From Promethearchaeia archaeon (GTDB lineage: Archaea; Asgardarchaeota; Lokiarchaeia; Sigyniarchaeales; SOKP01): a stretch of DNA of 64,000 nucleotides. Position 1 is the stretch's first letter; each line of letters opens with the position of its first letter. The position numbers and the translations under genes were made by a program. Of the stretch, positions 48,210 through 58,350 are shown in pieces. The notes under the pieces are model-generated. The model did no database searches, was not told the origin of the DNA, and worked only from the letters and a program-made list of their open reading frames with translations. The stretch lies in contig JAHQWJ010000120.1 in assembly GCA_029856125.1 (NCBI GenBank), forward strand, positions 96,001 to 160,000, read 5' to 3'.

Positions 48210-48420
48210 AACTTTTTCACTTTAAGTTAAAATTTGATATATATATAATATTATTTTTATGATACTAAATATATACTATCTTAATATTCTATATATTTCC
48301 AAAAATTCAAAAATCCCAAATTGGAGATTTTATAGTTTAAAATCCAAAGTTTAAGATACCTTTATATAACTGGAATGTATCTTTTTTTTATATAATTAGA
48401 CATCAAAGTATCATTTCAAA

Positions 48421-48618
48421 ATGGAAAGTAAGTTTAACATCTGCCCTAGATGTAAGGGCGCTAGAATAATAGATATGGGCGATACCATTGATTGCCCAGA
48501 TTGCAGATTAGAATTTGAAAAAGCTGATATTAAAACCCTAGAATCAGCCCAAATTCTCGCAGTATCTGAAAAACTTGATTTTATAAGAAGCATTAAGAAC
48601 AATAAGAATAAAACCTGA
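48421..48618 (+). CDS. Small zinc-ribbon protein
   Basis: CPRC..CPDC, 65 aa, followed by T10 tract. Confidence 0.65.
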   Translation: MESKFNICPRCKGARIIDMGDTIDCPDCRLEFEKADIKTLESAQILAVSEKLDFIRSIKNNKNKT

Positions 48619-48763
48619 TTTTTTTTTTGAAGTAAATACTTTTTTTGTTATATTCTTCACTTATAGCTTATAGATACAAATTCTATTAACGAATGGATAT
48701 TTTTCTAATTTAAAGTTGAAGATAAAAGATTAGCTTTTTATTAATTATAATTATTGAAAGAGA

Positions 48764-50599
48764 ATGACACTGAATAAGAAAAAATTAGTTTCTGAGCCTA
48801 TAGTGGAATTTTCAACTGGTAAAGATCCTTATATTAAAGCACGGAAAAAGGGGGCGACTAGATGGATTTTAGCTCATGTATTTCATGGCTCAAACAAGTT
48901 GTTTATAACAATTATAATTTTTATGATTATTCTTTCTGCAAATCTATCCTCTATTACATATATTATAATAGGCGAAACAATATCAGCACTGTTGGGTGGA
49001 TTTACCGCACTATTAGGAAATTATATTTTAGTTTTGTTTATCTTAGGGATAGCAAGTCCTGTAATGAGGATTGTAAGTCGCATGTTAGTAGAGATTTTAG
49101 CGCAGAGGTTAGAAAGAGATGCGCGAAGAGAGTTTTTTACAAATCTATTAGGAAAAAGCCAATCCTTTCACGAGCAAATGAAAATTGGAGAATTAATGGC
49201 AAGAGTAACTGATGATGTAAGGATGTTGAATTTCTTAATTAGCCCTGCTCTTTCATTAATCGTAGAATCGTTTACATTTTTATTTATTCCAGTTATTTAC
49301 ATTGTTTTATATTACCCTTTACAGTTAATAATTGAACCTATATTCTTTTCTATTTCATTTCTTATCTTATTGAGGTCTTATTCTCGTAAAATTGGACCTA
49401 TAACGGGTCGTTTAAGAGGAAATTTTGGATTAATGACTGCTACTTTAAGCGAGACCTTGTCGGGAATCGAAGTGGTAAAAGCTACCGTCCAAGAAGCAAA
49501 GGAAAGGAAAAAATATTTTACGCACGCTAATAATTACAAAAATGCGTTTATCGAGCGAGGTAAGTTACAAGCAAAGTATCTTCCGATTTTAGTTTTAGCA
49601 TTAGTTATAACCGCAGGTTTTGCACACAGTATTCTGTTATTTAATTTCGGATTAATGAATATTGGGCAAATTGTTGCTTTTTTAGGTATTTTGGGAATGT
49701 TACGTTTTCCGACAAACATTTCTATGTTTGTTTTTGCCATATTTCGTTTAGCAGGATCAAGTGCTGATAGATTACTTGAGTTGATGAATAAAAAGACTGA
49801 AATTGACGAAAACAAAGAAGGCAAAGAAATTATTTTCAAGGGAAATATAGCGTTTGAGAAAGTAGAATTTACTTACCCTGATAGTAAAAAGCCGGTGTTA
49901 AAGGATATTTCTTTTGAAGTTCAAACTGGGCAAACAGTTGCGATAGTTGGCACAACTGGATCTGGAAAAACTACGCTAACCAAACTAATCTCCCGACTCT
50001 ACGATGTTTCTAACGGTAGAATACTAATAGATGGAAGTGATATTCGGGAATACTCTTTACAATCTTTACGAGATCAAATTTCTTATATTGAGCAAGATGT
50101 ATTCTTATTCTCTACTACAATTTTTGATAATATATCTTTTGGAAGAGTAAGTTCATTGGAGCAAGTTATTAATGTAGCTCAGCAGGCACAGGCTCATGAT
50201 TTTATCAGTGAGTTGCCTGAAGAATACCAGTCGAAGGTAGGAGAAAGAGGGGTTCAGCTTAGTGGGGGCGAAAGACAAAGAATTGCCATCGCACGCGCCT
50301 TTTTATCCGATCCTCGTATTCTTATTTTAGACGATTCAACTTCAGCTATAGATTCTAACACAGAGGACAAAATTCAGTTTGCAATTAAAAACATTCTGAA
50401 AAATCGCACTACCATTTTAATAACGCACCGATTATCCCAAATTAGGTGGGCTGATTTAATTTTAGTTTTAAAAAATGGTAAAATAGTCGCTAAAGGGAAC
50501 CATGAAGAATTATTAAATACATCTGAAGAATATCGCAAAATTTTTGTAAAGAAATTCGATATCGAAGAAGATCAGTTGCTTAAGGAGGTGAGAAAATAG
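48764..50599 (+). CDS. ABC exporter fused TMD-NBD subunit (heterodimer, non-canonical Walker B)
   Basis: 6-TM domain, GTTGSGKT, LSGGERQR, ILILDDSTS. Confidence 0.93.
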   Translation: MTLNKKKLVSEPIVEFSTGKDPYIKARKKGATRWILAHVFHGSNKLFITIIIFMIILSANLSSITYIIIGETISALLGGFTALLGNYILVLFILGIASPVMRIVSRMLVEILAQRLERDARREFFTNLLGKSQSFHEQMKIGELMARVTDDVRMLNFLISPALSLIVESFTFLFIPVIYIVLYYPLQLIIEPIFFSISFLILLRSYSRKIGPITGRLRGNFGLMTATLSETLSGIEVVKATVQEAKERKKYFTHANNYKNAFIERGKLQAKYLPILVLALVITAGFAHSILLFNFGLMNIGQIVAFLGILGMLRFPTNISMFVFAIFRLAGSSADRLLELMNKKTEIDENKEGKEIIFKGNIAFEKVEFTYPDSKKPVLKDISFEVQTGQTVAIVGTTGSGKTTLTKLISRLYDVSNGRILIDGSDIREYSLQSLRDQISYIEQDVFLFSTTIFDNISFGRVSSLEQVINVAQQAQAHDFISELPEEYQSKVGERGVQLSGGERQRIAIARAFLSDPRILILDDSTSAIDSNTEDKIQFAIKNILKNRTTILITHRLSQIRWADLILVLKNGKIVAKGNHEELLNTSEEYRKIFVKKFDIEEDQLLKEVRK

Positions 50600-50600
50600 T

Positions 50601-52418
50601 ATGTGGGTGGGTCTTGAAGCAGAAGAATACGATCGAGTATATCGAGATAAAGACTTATTGAAACGAATTGTATCTTATTTCTCGCCTTATAAACGAGCAA
50701 TGATTCTTGTAATTTTCTTCCTTACAATCTCATCACTTACTACCGCTTTTCTACCTATTATAACTTCTCTCATTATTAGTAATTTAGAAACTTCTCCAGA
50801 TTTAATTTACATTGTATTCTTAATCTTGCTCATTCTTATCTTAAACACTTCGAGCTGGGTTTTTAATTATATTAGACAGATATATTCTAATCGAGTAATT
50901 GGTAGTGTGGTGTTAGATATAAGAAAGAACGCTCACAAATCAGTCGTAAATCACGATTTGTCTTTCTTTGATAAAAACCCCTTGGGTAAAATTGTTTCCA
51001 GAATCAATACAGATAGTAGAGATTTTGGAGAGACAGTTGGAATGTCAATTGAAGTAATCTCCTCTGTGATAGTCTTAGTTCTTTTAATAATTGTGATGTT
51101 TACTGTGAATGTGGTGCTAACTCTCGTTCTTCTTATATCGCTCCCATTATTTTTTATAGCAGCGTTGTCATTTAGGAAATTTGCGAGAAAGATGACTCTT
51201 CTAGGACAACGTGCCTTAGCTTCAGTAAACGCTTATACAAAAGAAAGTTTTTCTGGCATTCAAATAGCAAAGACATTTAGGCGAGAAAAAAAAGTCTACG
51301 ATGACTTCCTTCAAGTGAATAACCAATCCTATAAGGTTAATTTAAAAAGGGCGTTTTTGTTGAACGCTATCTTTCCTACTCTTGGTTTAATTCAAGGTTT
51401 TGTCACGACTTTGTTAATTTTATTCGGAAGTAACTTGGTAATTGAAGGAACTGTTGGAGTAGGAGAATTAGTTCTCTTCATTCAAAGCATAATACTATTG
51501 TTTTTTCCCTTGCTCATCATAGCAACTTTCTGGCCTATGTTTCAAACTGGTATGGCAGCTTCAGAGAGAATTTTTGCTATAATAGATACATTGCCTCTTG
51601 TTGTTCAAACAAATAACATCAAACCTTCTAAATTGAAAGGTGAAATAGAATTCAAAAATTTAACATTTCAATACGATAAGAATAGATTAATCTTCGATAA
51701 TTTTTCACTTAAGGTTAATCCCGGAGAGTCTGTTGCTCTTGTAGGTCACACCGGAGCAGGAAAATCAAGTATCGCAAAGCTTATTGCTCGATTTTATGAA
51801 TTTCAAGGTGGAGATATCTTAGTTGACGGGAAAAGCATAAGAGAATACGATCTTACGGAATATCGGAAACACATCGGTATAATCCCGCAAACTCCATTCT
51901 TATGGGCAGATACCGTTGAAAATAATATCAAATATGGGTATGACAATGCTTCAAAGAAGGATGTAATGCACGCATTGGAAATTAGTGGTGGATCTGAGTG
52001 GATTGAAAACCTTCCTAAAGGGTTACGCACAAATGTTCGCGAAAGAGGCTCTCTTCTCTCAATGGGCCAACGCCAATTAGTTGTTTTTGCTCGAGTTTTG
52101 TTAGAAAACCCTTCAATTCTAATTTTAGACGAAGCAACCGCTTCAGTAGACCCTTTTACAGAAACCCAAATTCAAGATGCACTCGAAAAAACAATTAAAG
52201 GACGATCGTCAATAATTATTGCTCATCGTTTATGGACTGTTAGGCGTGTTGATAAAATTATCGTTCTGGATCATGGGAAAATAGTTGAGGAAGGTAATCA
52301 CGACGAACTGATGAAACGGGGAGGAACATATGCTAGCCTGTATAACACATATTTTAGACACCAATCCTTAGAATACATTGAAGAGATGGGAAAAAATAAA
52401 GCTAAGGATATCGTTTAA
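50601..52418 (+). CDS. ABC exporter fused TMD-NBD subunit (heterodimer partner)
   Basis: GHTGAGKS, LSMGQRQ, LDEAT; SD GGAGGTGA upstream. Confidence 0.93.
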   Translation: MWVGLEAEEYDRVYRDKDLLKRIVSYFSPYKRAMILVIFFLTISSLTTAFLPIITSLIISNLETSPDLIYIVFLILLILILNTSSWVFNYIRQIYSNRVIGSVVLDIRKNAHKSVVNHDLSFFDKNPLGKIVSRINTDSRDFGETVGMSIEVISSVIVLVLLIIVMFTVNVVLTLVLLISLPLFFIAALSFRKFARKMTLLGQRALASVNAYTKESFSGIQIAKTFRREKKVYDDFLQVNNQSYKVNLKRAFLLNAIFPTLGLIQGFVTTLLILFGSNLVIEGTVGVGELVLFIQSIILLFFPLLIIATFWPMFQTGMAASERIFAIIDTLPLVVQTNNIKPSKLKGEIEFKNLTFQYDKNRLIFDNFSLKVNPGESVALVGHTGAGKSSIAKLIARFYEFQGGDILVDGKSIREYDLTEYRKHIGIIPQTPFLWADTVENNIKYGYDNASKKDVMHALEISGGSEWIENLPKGLRTNVRERGSLLSMGQRQLVVFARVLLENPSILILDEATASVDPFTETQIQDALEKTIKGRSSIIIAHRLWTVRRVDKIIVLDHGKIVEEGNHDELMKRGGTYASLYNTYFRHQSLEYIEEMGKNKAKDIV

Positions 52419-52471
52419 TTTCTATAAAATTTCATTTGTTTAAAAAATAATAAGAAAATTGAAAAAATATG

Positions 52472-53848
52472 CTACAGACGAGTAATATATCTATTTCTTT
52501 CCCATTCAGAGACAACTGATCTGTAAGCGTCATTTTCTTCTAATTTCGCGTAATAAAAGTTTTTAAACGGTTGTTCCCCGAAGATTTTTTTCATCAATTC
52601 AGAATTCTTAAATTCCTTCAGTGCTTCCATTAGGCTTCCAGGTAAAGCATTAATTCCTTCCTTTTCCATTTCTTTTGATGTAAGATTATACACGTTTCTA
52701 TCTGTAGGTTCAAAAAGTTCAAGGTCTTCGGATAAAAGCCCATACAATCCAGTACTCAAAAGAACAGCAAACTGTAGGTATGGATTACCGGCTGGATCTG
52801 GACAACGAATCTCGCATCTAGCGGCACCTGGCTTTCCATGAAAGTCTGGAACGCGAATTAATGGGGATCTATTGCGAAAACCCCACGCTATATACACGGG
52901 AGCTTCGTATCCTGGCACTAATCTTTTGTATGAGTTTGGCCAACTACTTAAAACAGCGCACATAGCTTTAGCATGCGTTAATTGACCCGCAATCCATTTT
53001 TTCATCGTCTGCGATATATAAGCTGGATCTGATTCGTCATAAAATACATTTTTTCCATCTTTCCAAAGGCTTTGATGACAGTGCATTCCGGAACCGTTTA
53101 TCCCATCAAAAGGTTTAGGCATGAAGGTTGCCGTCATATTATTTTGAGCTGCTACAATTTTAATTATCGTTTTTATCGTAATTGTATTGTCCGCACTTAC
53201 AACTGCTTTATCGTAGCGAAAATCAACTTCGTGTTGACCAAAAGCCACCTCATGATGTAGTTTTTCAATTTCTATTCCCATTTTGTCGCAATATTCTGCA
53301 ATTGTGTAGCGCATGCGTTCGTTAATATCGTATGGATCATAATCAAAATATCCTCGCATGTCAGATGGCTTAAAGGTAGCCTGCTTATGTTCTTGATTTA
53401 ACATAAAAAATTCCATCTCAGGAGCGCATATGTATTCAAATCCATGCTGTTTCGCTTTTTTGACTGCTTTTTGGAGAATATAGCGCGGGTCCCCGTCGTA
53501 ACGCTCGCCCTCTGGTGAATAAATATCACAAATTACTCTGGCTGCTCGATTGTTTGATTCATTGTTACGCCATGGCAACACGTAAAAAGTGCTTGGATCA
53601 GGCAACGCAACTTTATCAGACTCCTCGATCGCTCCATACCCGGTTATAGAACTTCCATCAAAAGCTTCGCCTATTTCAAAGCATTCCTCTATTCTTTTTG
53701 AGTTAATTTCAAAGGATTTAATTAACCCATGAATATCTGTAAATTGAAGGTAAATAAATTTAATGCCTTGCTCTTTAACTTGCTCGATTATGTCTTCGCA
53801 TAATCTCTTCCTATTTGGATCGTCTTTTTCAATCATTTCTAAACTCAT
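52472..53848 (-). CDS. glnA: Glutamine synthetase type I (GSI-alpha)
   Basis: FDGSSI, PEMEFF, HHEVAFGQHE, FMPKP..GINGSGMH, SYKRLVPGYEAP, NRSPLIRVP. Confidence 0.96.
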   Translation of the reverse strand: MSLEMIEKDDPNRKRLCEDIIEQVKEQGIKFIYLQFTDIHGLIKSFEINSKRIEECFEIGEAFDGSSITGYGAIEESDKVALPDPSTFYVLPWRNNESNNRAARVICDIYSPEGERYDGDPRYILQKAVKKAKQHGFEYICAPEMEFFMLNQEHKQATFKPSDMRGYFDYDPYDINERMRYTIAEYCDKMGIEIEKLHHEVAFGQHEVDFRYDKAVVSADNTITIKTIIKIVAAQNNMTATFMPKPFDGINGSGMHCHQSLWKDGKNVFYDESDPAYISQTMKKWIAGQLTHAKAMCAVLSSWPNSYKRLVPGYEAPVYIAWGFRNRSPLIRVPDFHGKPGAARCEIRCPDPAGNPYLQFAVLLSTGLYGLLSEDLELFEPTDRNVYNLTSKEMEKEGINALPGSLMEALKEFKNSELMKKIFGEQPFKNFYYAKLEENDAYRSVVSEWERNRYITRL

Positions 53849-53918
53849 TTTAATTTATTTAGTAAAATTTAAGGATTTGAAAATGGTTAGATTACATACA
53901 TCAAAGTTCTATAATTAT

Positions 53919-54188
53919 TCATTCATAGATTAATAAATAATTTTTTTCTTTTTCGAAGATTTTTAAATCTATAAGTGAAAATTCTTTGATGGCTTTTAAT
54001 TGAGAATTTCTATATTTTAAATCGAAGTCATCCGATTTTCGACGTCCAAATGCAATTGTTTTTTCATAATGAACATATGTGTAGTTCTTAGGGGTGTTTA
54101 TATTATTAATCGATTCATTTTCACATTTTTGGCATACTTTTCTATCGTGAAAATATTCCGTTCCACAAAATGGGCATTTTAATGACAT
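53919..54188 (-). CDS. Small zinc-ribbon protein upstream of glnA
   Basis: CPFC..CQKC N-terminus, 89 aa. Confidence 0.6.
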   Translation of the reverse strand: MSLKCPFCGTEYFHDRKVCQKCENESINNINTPKNYTYVHYEKTIAFGRRKSDDFDLKYRNSQLKAIKEFSLIDLKIFEKEKNYLLIYE

Positions 54189-54325
54189 TTTTAATCAATG
54201 TTTAAATTTGTTAGTAATTTTTAATTTTATAAATATCATTGGGATCGTAACCATATAAATTTTAACTATTTGGTTAACACAAATGGAAAAAAGTGCATTA
54301 CTTGGATCGAAAAATAGAGAAAAAA

Positions 54326-54409
54326 TGGTCAATTGATATCACTTATGGTTTTTTTTTATTAATGATTTGGTACATTTGACTATCTTTATAATTTAAATTT
54401 GGTCAATTG
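54326..54409. repeat. Direct repeat TGGTCAATTG x2 within a TGG(T/A) array upstream of Lrp
   Basis: Exact 10-mers at 54326 and 54400. Confidence 0.45.
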
Positions 54410-54445
54410 CATACTTTTAAAATAGTTATATAACTTTCTAATAGT

Positions 54446-54931
54446 ATGGTTGATCATAAGAATTTAGATGAAATTTTTGATTTAGATATTGAAATCCTGA
54501 AGAAATTAAGTGTAGACGGAAGAATTTCTCTTCGACGTCTCGCAAGAGATTTAGGAAACAGATCGCCAGTTACAATAAAAAAACATGTAGAGGAAATGGA
54601 AGAAAAAGGAATAATTAAAGATTATGGAATACACATTGACTACGAAGAATTGGGATATAAAATTATTGCGCTTATAGAAATAACAGTTTCAAAAGGTAAA
54701 ATGCTTGAAGTAGAAAAGAAAATTGCCCAAAATCCAAATGTTTTCGCTGTATATGATATAACAGGAACATATGATGCACTTATTCTTGCCAGGTTTAAAA
54801 AAAGGGCTAAGCTTAGTGAGATGATAAAAGAAGTGATTCATGCTTCCCCATATGTCGAAAGGTCTAATACTCACATCGTTTTAAATGTGATTAAAGAAAA
54901 GAGCTCTTTTGCTGAATTGACTAACAAATGA
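54446..54931 (+). CDS. Lrp/AsnC family transcriptional regulator
   Basis: LDIEILKKLSVDGRISLRRLA HTH, GIIKDY, YDITGTYDALI RAM domain. Confidence 0.93.
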   Translation: MVDHKNLDEIFDLDIEILKKLSVDGRISLRRLARDLGNRSPVTIKKHVEEMEEKGIIKDYGIHIDYEELGYKIIALIEITVSKGKMLEVEKKIAQNPNVFAVYDITGTYDALILARFKKRAKLSEMIKEVIHASPYVERSNTHIVLNVIKEKSSFAELTNK

Positions 54932-55041
54932 TAATTTAGAGCGCTTTAAAGCGTTCCTTAATGGAGAAATTAAGTTTTTCCTGATATATTCTTAACCCTA
55001 TATAATAATCCTTGTTCATAATTAATCTTTCGATTTTACTA

Positions 55042-55353
55042 TTAATTGATAAAATCATTCATTATCTTCTTTATCGATATATACTTCCATAGATATACTG
55101 TAAAGAATAGACCGATAAAAATGCTAAAAAGCAACAATAAAATTGTGCCAAATGAAATCAATAATGGGCTACGGTAGCTCCCAAAAATCCACGACATGGT
55201 GGAAATAACATCATAAGGGTAAAAAGTTAAGGCATATAGAGCCAACGATGCCAGAGTAAACGGGAAAACTAAAGTTATTGCTTTTTTTCTAGCCAACTTC
55301 TTTCTTTCTTCCAATGAGACGTAATATTCACTTGTTTCTTCTTTTATTTCCAT
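55042..55353 (-). CDS. Hypothetical 2-TM membrane protein
   Basis: 103 aa, two hydrophobic segments. Confidence 0.6.
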   Translation of the reverse strand: MEIKEETSEYYVSLEERKKLARKKAITLVFPFTLASLALYALTFYPYDVISTMSWIFGSYRSPLLISFGTILLLLFSIFIGLFFTVYLWKYISIKKIMNDFIN

Positions 55354-55525
55354 AAGTAATCGCTAAATATTTTGTAATTTTACTTTCAAGAAAGTTTTGG
55401 ATAAAATATACTTTGTTGTTAAAGATTATTTTCTCTCTCAACATCAATAAACATCATTCATATGGATATCCAAGAATTAAAATCTAACAATTCTAGTAGA
55501 TCTTAATCTATAGATTTAATTCAAA

Positions 55526-55948
55526 TTATTCTATAATTCTTGAGATTCTGGATAGAGGATGTCCCTTAGCTTTCATTTCTAACTCATTAAACCACCCAAA
55601 AGGAAGGCGAACCACTGAATAATCCATCATTTTCAGTTCCAATTCGATTTTTTTAAAAAACTCAAAGGAAAATTCTATAGTGCTAAGTTGGCCAAAAAGA
55701 TGAGCAAAAGGAACAATTACAATATTTGAAATTTTTAGTTGGTTAGTTATTTTTTCAATTTCAATAATACTTTTTTTTAATATTTCTGAATTTTCTTCGT
55801 CTCGTTTTTCAGTACTAATGAAGAGAACTAATGCGTTTTTGATTTGGTTTTCTCTATTATCTTCCGTAATTTCTTCAATAACTTTCGAACGACCTTTTTT
55901 GGTTACTTTATATCGGAAATAATCAACATGAAACGATAAGAATCTCAT
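55526..55948 (-). CDS. Stand-alone archaeal-type threonyl-tRNA synthetase editing domain (DTD-like fold)
   Basis: MRFLSFHVDY, EKRDE, PFAHL, PFGW, KGHPLSRISR. Confidence 0.88.
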   Translation of the reverse strand: MRFLSFHVDYFRYKVTKKGRSKVIEEITEDNRENQIKNALVLFISTEKRDEENSEILKKSIIEIEKITNQLKISNIVIVPFAHLFGQLSTIEFSFEFFKKIELELKMMDYSVVRLPFGWFNELEMKAKGHPLSRISRIIE

Positions 55949-55996
55949 TTTTCTTCCACACTTTTTATATTAAAAAAGATCAAAATAAATTAGATT

Positions 55997-56881
55997 TTAA
56001 TAATCAGACATATAATTATAAAAATGCTTAAAAAAGCCTTTAGTTTTATGTGAAATATAATTTCCTTTTATCTTTGGGTCATTAATTATGTTTAAAATAT
56101 TATAGCCCTTTTTGATAATGAAAAAGTTCATATACTTATTAGAAATCGCCCTTTCTGGGCAATTATAAACACAACGCATACAAAAAGTGCACTTATTCCC
56201 AAATATTATACTCTCATTTTGTTTAGATATATTTCTTGTAGGGCACTCTTTTATACATTTACCACATAAATTACATGAGTCTGATGCTATTAGATATTTG
56301 CCAAAATAAAACGCACCATTACACTCAGCTTTGTTGAATAAATAAGTTCCAATTTTTAGCCATAAATTATTTTTTTGCAGCTTCGTCTTTCCTGATAGGA
56401 TTTCTTCAGTTCCTCTTTTAACTTTCTTGACAGCCACTTCATATAATTGTTTAACTAAAGAATCATCGTATTTCACAACTACATTAGCAGGCATAATAAT
56501 CAAGTTTTCATGAAACACTTTATACCCTTTTTTATTAAGACCATTTCTAACCAAGCTTGTAGACCCTCCATGGCAAATTGGATCTCCTGCTGTTTTGAAA
56601 GTAAATGTTTTTCTATTATCTACATCTGGCAACCTGTCAAGAAAATCAAAAAATATTTTTGGTGCGCTAAATGCGTGAACAGGGTGGCCAAAACCTAAAA
56701 TATCATAATCACTTATAGATGGATTAAGATTTTTTCTCAAAATGTTCTCAATAGGTATAAGATTTGTATTGAAACCTTTATATTGAAACTCGTTTGCATA
56801 CAGATTTGCAACTATTTTAGTATTTCCCGTCCCAGAAAAATAGAAAATTCCTATTTTTTGAACATGCATCTTTATTTTCAA
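55997..56881 (-). CDS. EFR1-type flavodoxin/ferredoxin fusion
   Basis: YFSGTGNT flavodoxin loop; CNLCGKCIKECP and CTFCMRCVYNCP 4Fe-4S motifs. Confidence 0.9.
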   Translation of the reverse strand: MKIKMHVQKIGIFYFSGTGNTKIVANLYANEFQYKGFNTNLIPIENILRKNLNPSISDYDILGFGHPVHAFSAPKIFFDFLDRLPDVDNRKTFTFKTAGDPICHGGSTSLVRNGLNKKGYKVFHENLIIMPANVVVKYDDSLVKQLYEVAVKKVKRGTEEILSGKTKLQKNNLWLKIGTYLFNKAECNGAFYFGKYLIASDSCNLCGKCIKECPTRNISKQNESIIFGNKCTFCMRCVYNCPERAISNKYMNFFIIKKGYNILNIINDPKIKGNYISHKTKGFFKHFYNYMSDY

Positions 56882-57010
56882 CCTAAATAGAAATTAAATC
56901 TTAAGAATTTATTCTTAGATACTCAAAGAATAGAGATAATGATATTAATTTGGTGAAATTTTTAAATATATGTGTTTATCCTCTTTCTTCTTGGTTAATT
57001 CTTTTTTTTC

Positions 57011-57331
57011 TTATACAGATAAATTAGATCCACAAAACGGGCAATACCCAATATCATCTTCGATTTTTTCTCCACAATACTTACATCTGCTGCTCATTTT
57101 TTCTTTAGTCAAATCTTCTTTATCAATTTTTACAAAAGAAGTGCCAGCATCCTCAGTGCGTAATTTCGGTATTTCAAATTTTGCATTGTTTTTATGATCT
57201 ACATTGCTATGGAGAAGCTTGTAAATGACAATAATTATTATGATGAAAACAATAATAACGATGACAAAAATTAATATAAAAAATCCACTTATAAAACCAA
57301 ATATATCGAATGGAAACATTGATTGCAGCAT
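57011..57331 (-). CDS. Membrane-anchored zinc-ribbon protein
   Basis: N-terminal TM; C-terminal CKYC..CPFC. Confidence 0.7.
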   Translation of the reverse strand: MLQSMFPFDIFGFISGFFILIFVIVIIVFIIIIIVIYKLLHSNVDHKNNAKFEIPKLRTEDAGTSFVKIDKEDLTKEKMSSRCKYCGEKIEDDIGYCPFCGSNLSV

Positions 57332-57557
57332 ATTCTTTTTATTAGAAGTAATTCATTATCTAAGATATACTACAAAATTCGACTTAAAAAAGTTATGCTT
57401 AAGCTTGTTTTCTTTTAGAGTAAAATAGTATATTCAAACTAAAATATAAAAATGTTCGTATACGTTCCTTAGTTTTAGGTTTGTCATTAAATACATTTAA
57501 ATACCCCATCTTTCCTATATATACCATAACTTTACAATTTTTAATAGAGGATGAAAT

Positions 57558-58334
57558 ATGATATTTCAAGGTTTTGACATATGGTTTATAGTAATACCTG
57601 CAATAATTTTCGTTGTGATTTTCTTTTCTTGTTGGCTACTTGCAGGTATAAAGGTAATACTGGAGTATGAAAGGCTTATAATATTCAGACTCGGCAAGTA
57701 TAAACGAACGATAGGACCTGGCGTAGTTTATGTGCTCCCGGTTTTTGAAAAGTCCCAGAAAGTCGATTTAAGAATCGTAACTGCTGACATTCCGAGACAA
57801 GAAGTGATAACGAGGGATAATATACCCGTTTTGGCTAATACCGTAGTTTATTTCAAGGTAGAAAGACCCTCGGATGCAATCATCAAGATAGAAAACTTTG
57901 CTTACGCAGTTAGACAATACACACAAGCAGCTTTAAGAGATGTTGTCGGTAATATGGAATTAGATGGCGTTTTAACTGAAAGAGATAAAATTGCATCCGA
58001 CATTAGAGAGCTTGTAGATAAAGAGACAAACGAATGGGGCATCGACATAAAAAGCATAAAGATACAAGAAATAGAATTACCTGCTGAAATGAAAAGAGCA
58101 ATGGCCAAACAAGCAGAGGCAGAACGAGAAAAACGAGCAGCAATTATTGCTAGTGAGGGTGAGCTTGCATCAGCAAAAAACCTAGCGGAAGCAGCAAAAA
58201 TGATGGCATCTGAACCTGGAGCCTTACAACTTAGGACCCTTCAAACTATCAGGGATATTTCCCAGGATCCCTCTGAAAAGATAGTAATTTTCATGCCTTC
58301 TGAAATAGGTAATATTCTTAAGAAGTTTACGTAA
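57558..58334 (+). CDS. SPFH/band 7 (stomatin/slipin) protein
   Basis: EYERLIIFRLG, QEVITRDN, AMAKQAEAEREKRA, ALQLRTLQT. Confidence 0.93.
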   Translation: MIFQGFDIWFIVIPAIIFVVIFFSCWLLAGIKVILEYERLIIFRLGKYKRTIGPGVVYVLPVFEKSQKVDLRIVTADIPRQEVITRDNIPVLANTVVYFKVERPSDAIIKIENFAYAVRQYTQAALRDVVGNMELDGVLTERDKIASDIRELVDKETNEWGIDIKSIKIQEIELPAEMKRAMAKQAEAEREKRAAIIASEGELASAKNLAEAAKMMASEPGALQLRTLQTIRDISQDPSEKIVIFMPSEIGNILKKFT

Positions 58335-58350
58335 TATGGAGGGTTCAAGG

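Noticed and set aside
48237-48296. ATATAT repeats upstream of phoU as possible PhoU-AbrB boxes
   Set aside because: Low complexity in extremely AT-rich DNA; cannot be distinguished from TATA elements or chance
48764-52418. Non-canonical motifs (LDD Walker B, LSMGQ signature) in the ABC exporter pair
   Set aside because: Expected degenerate site of heterodimeric TM287/288-type exporters; not novel
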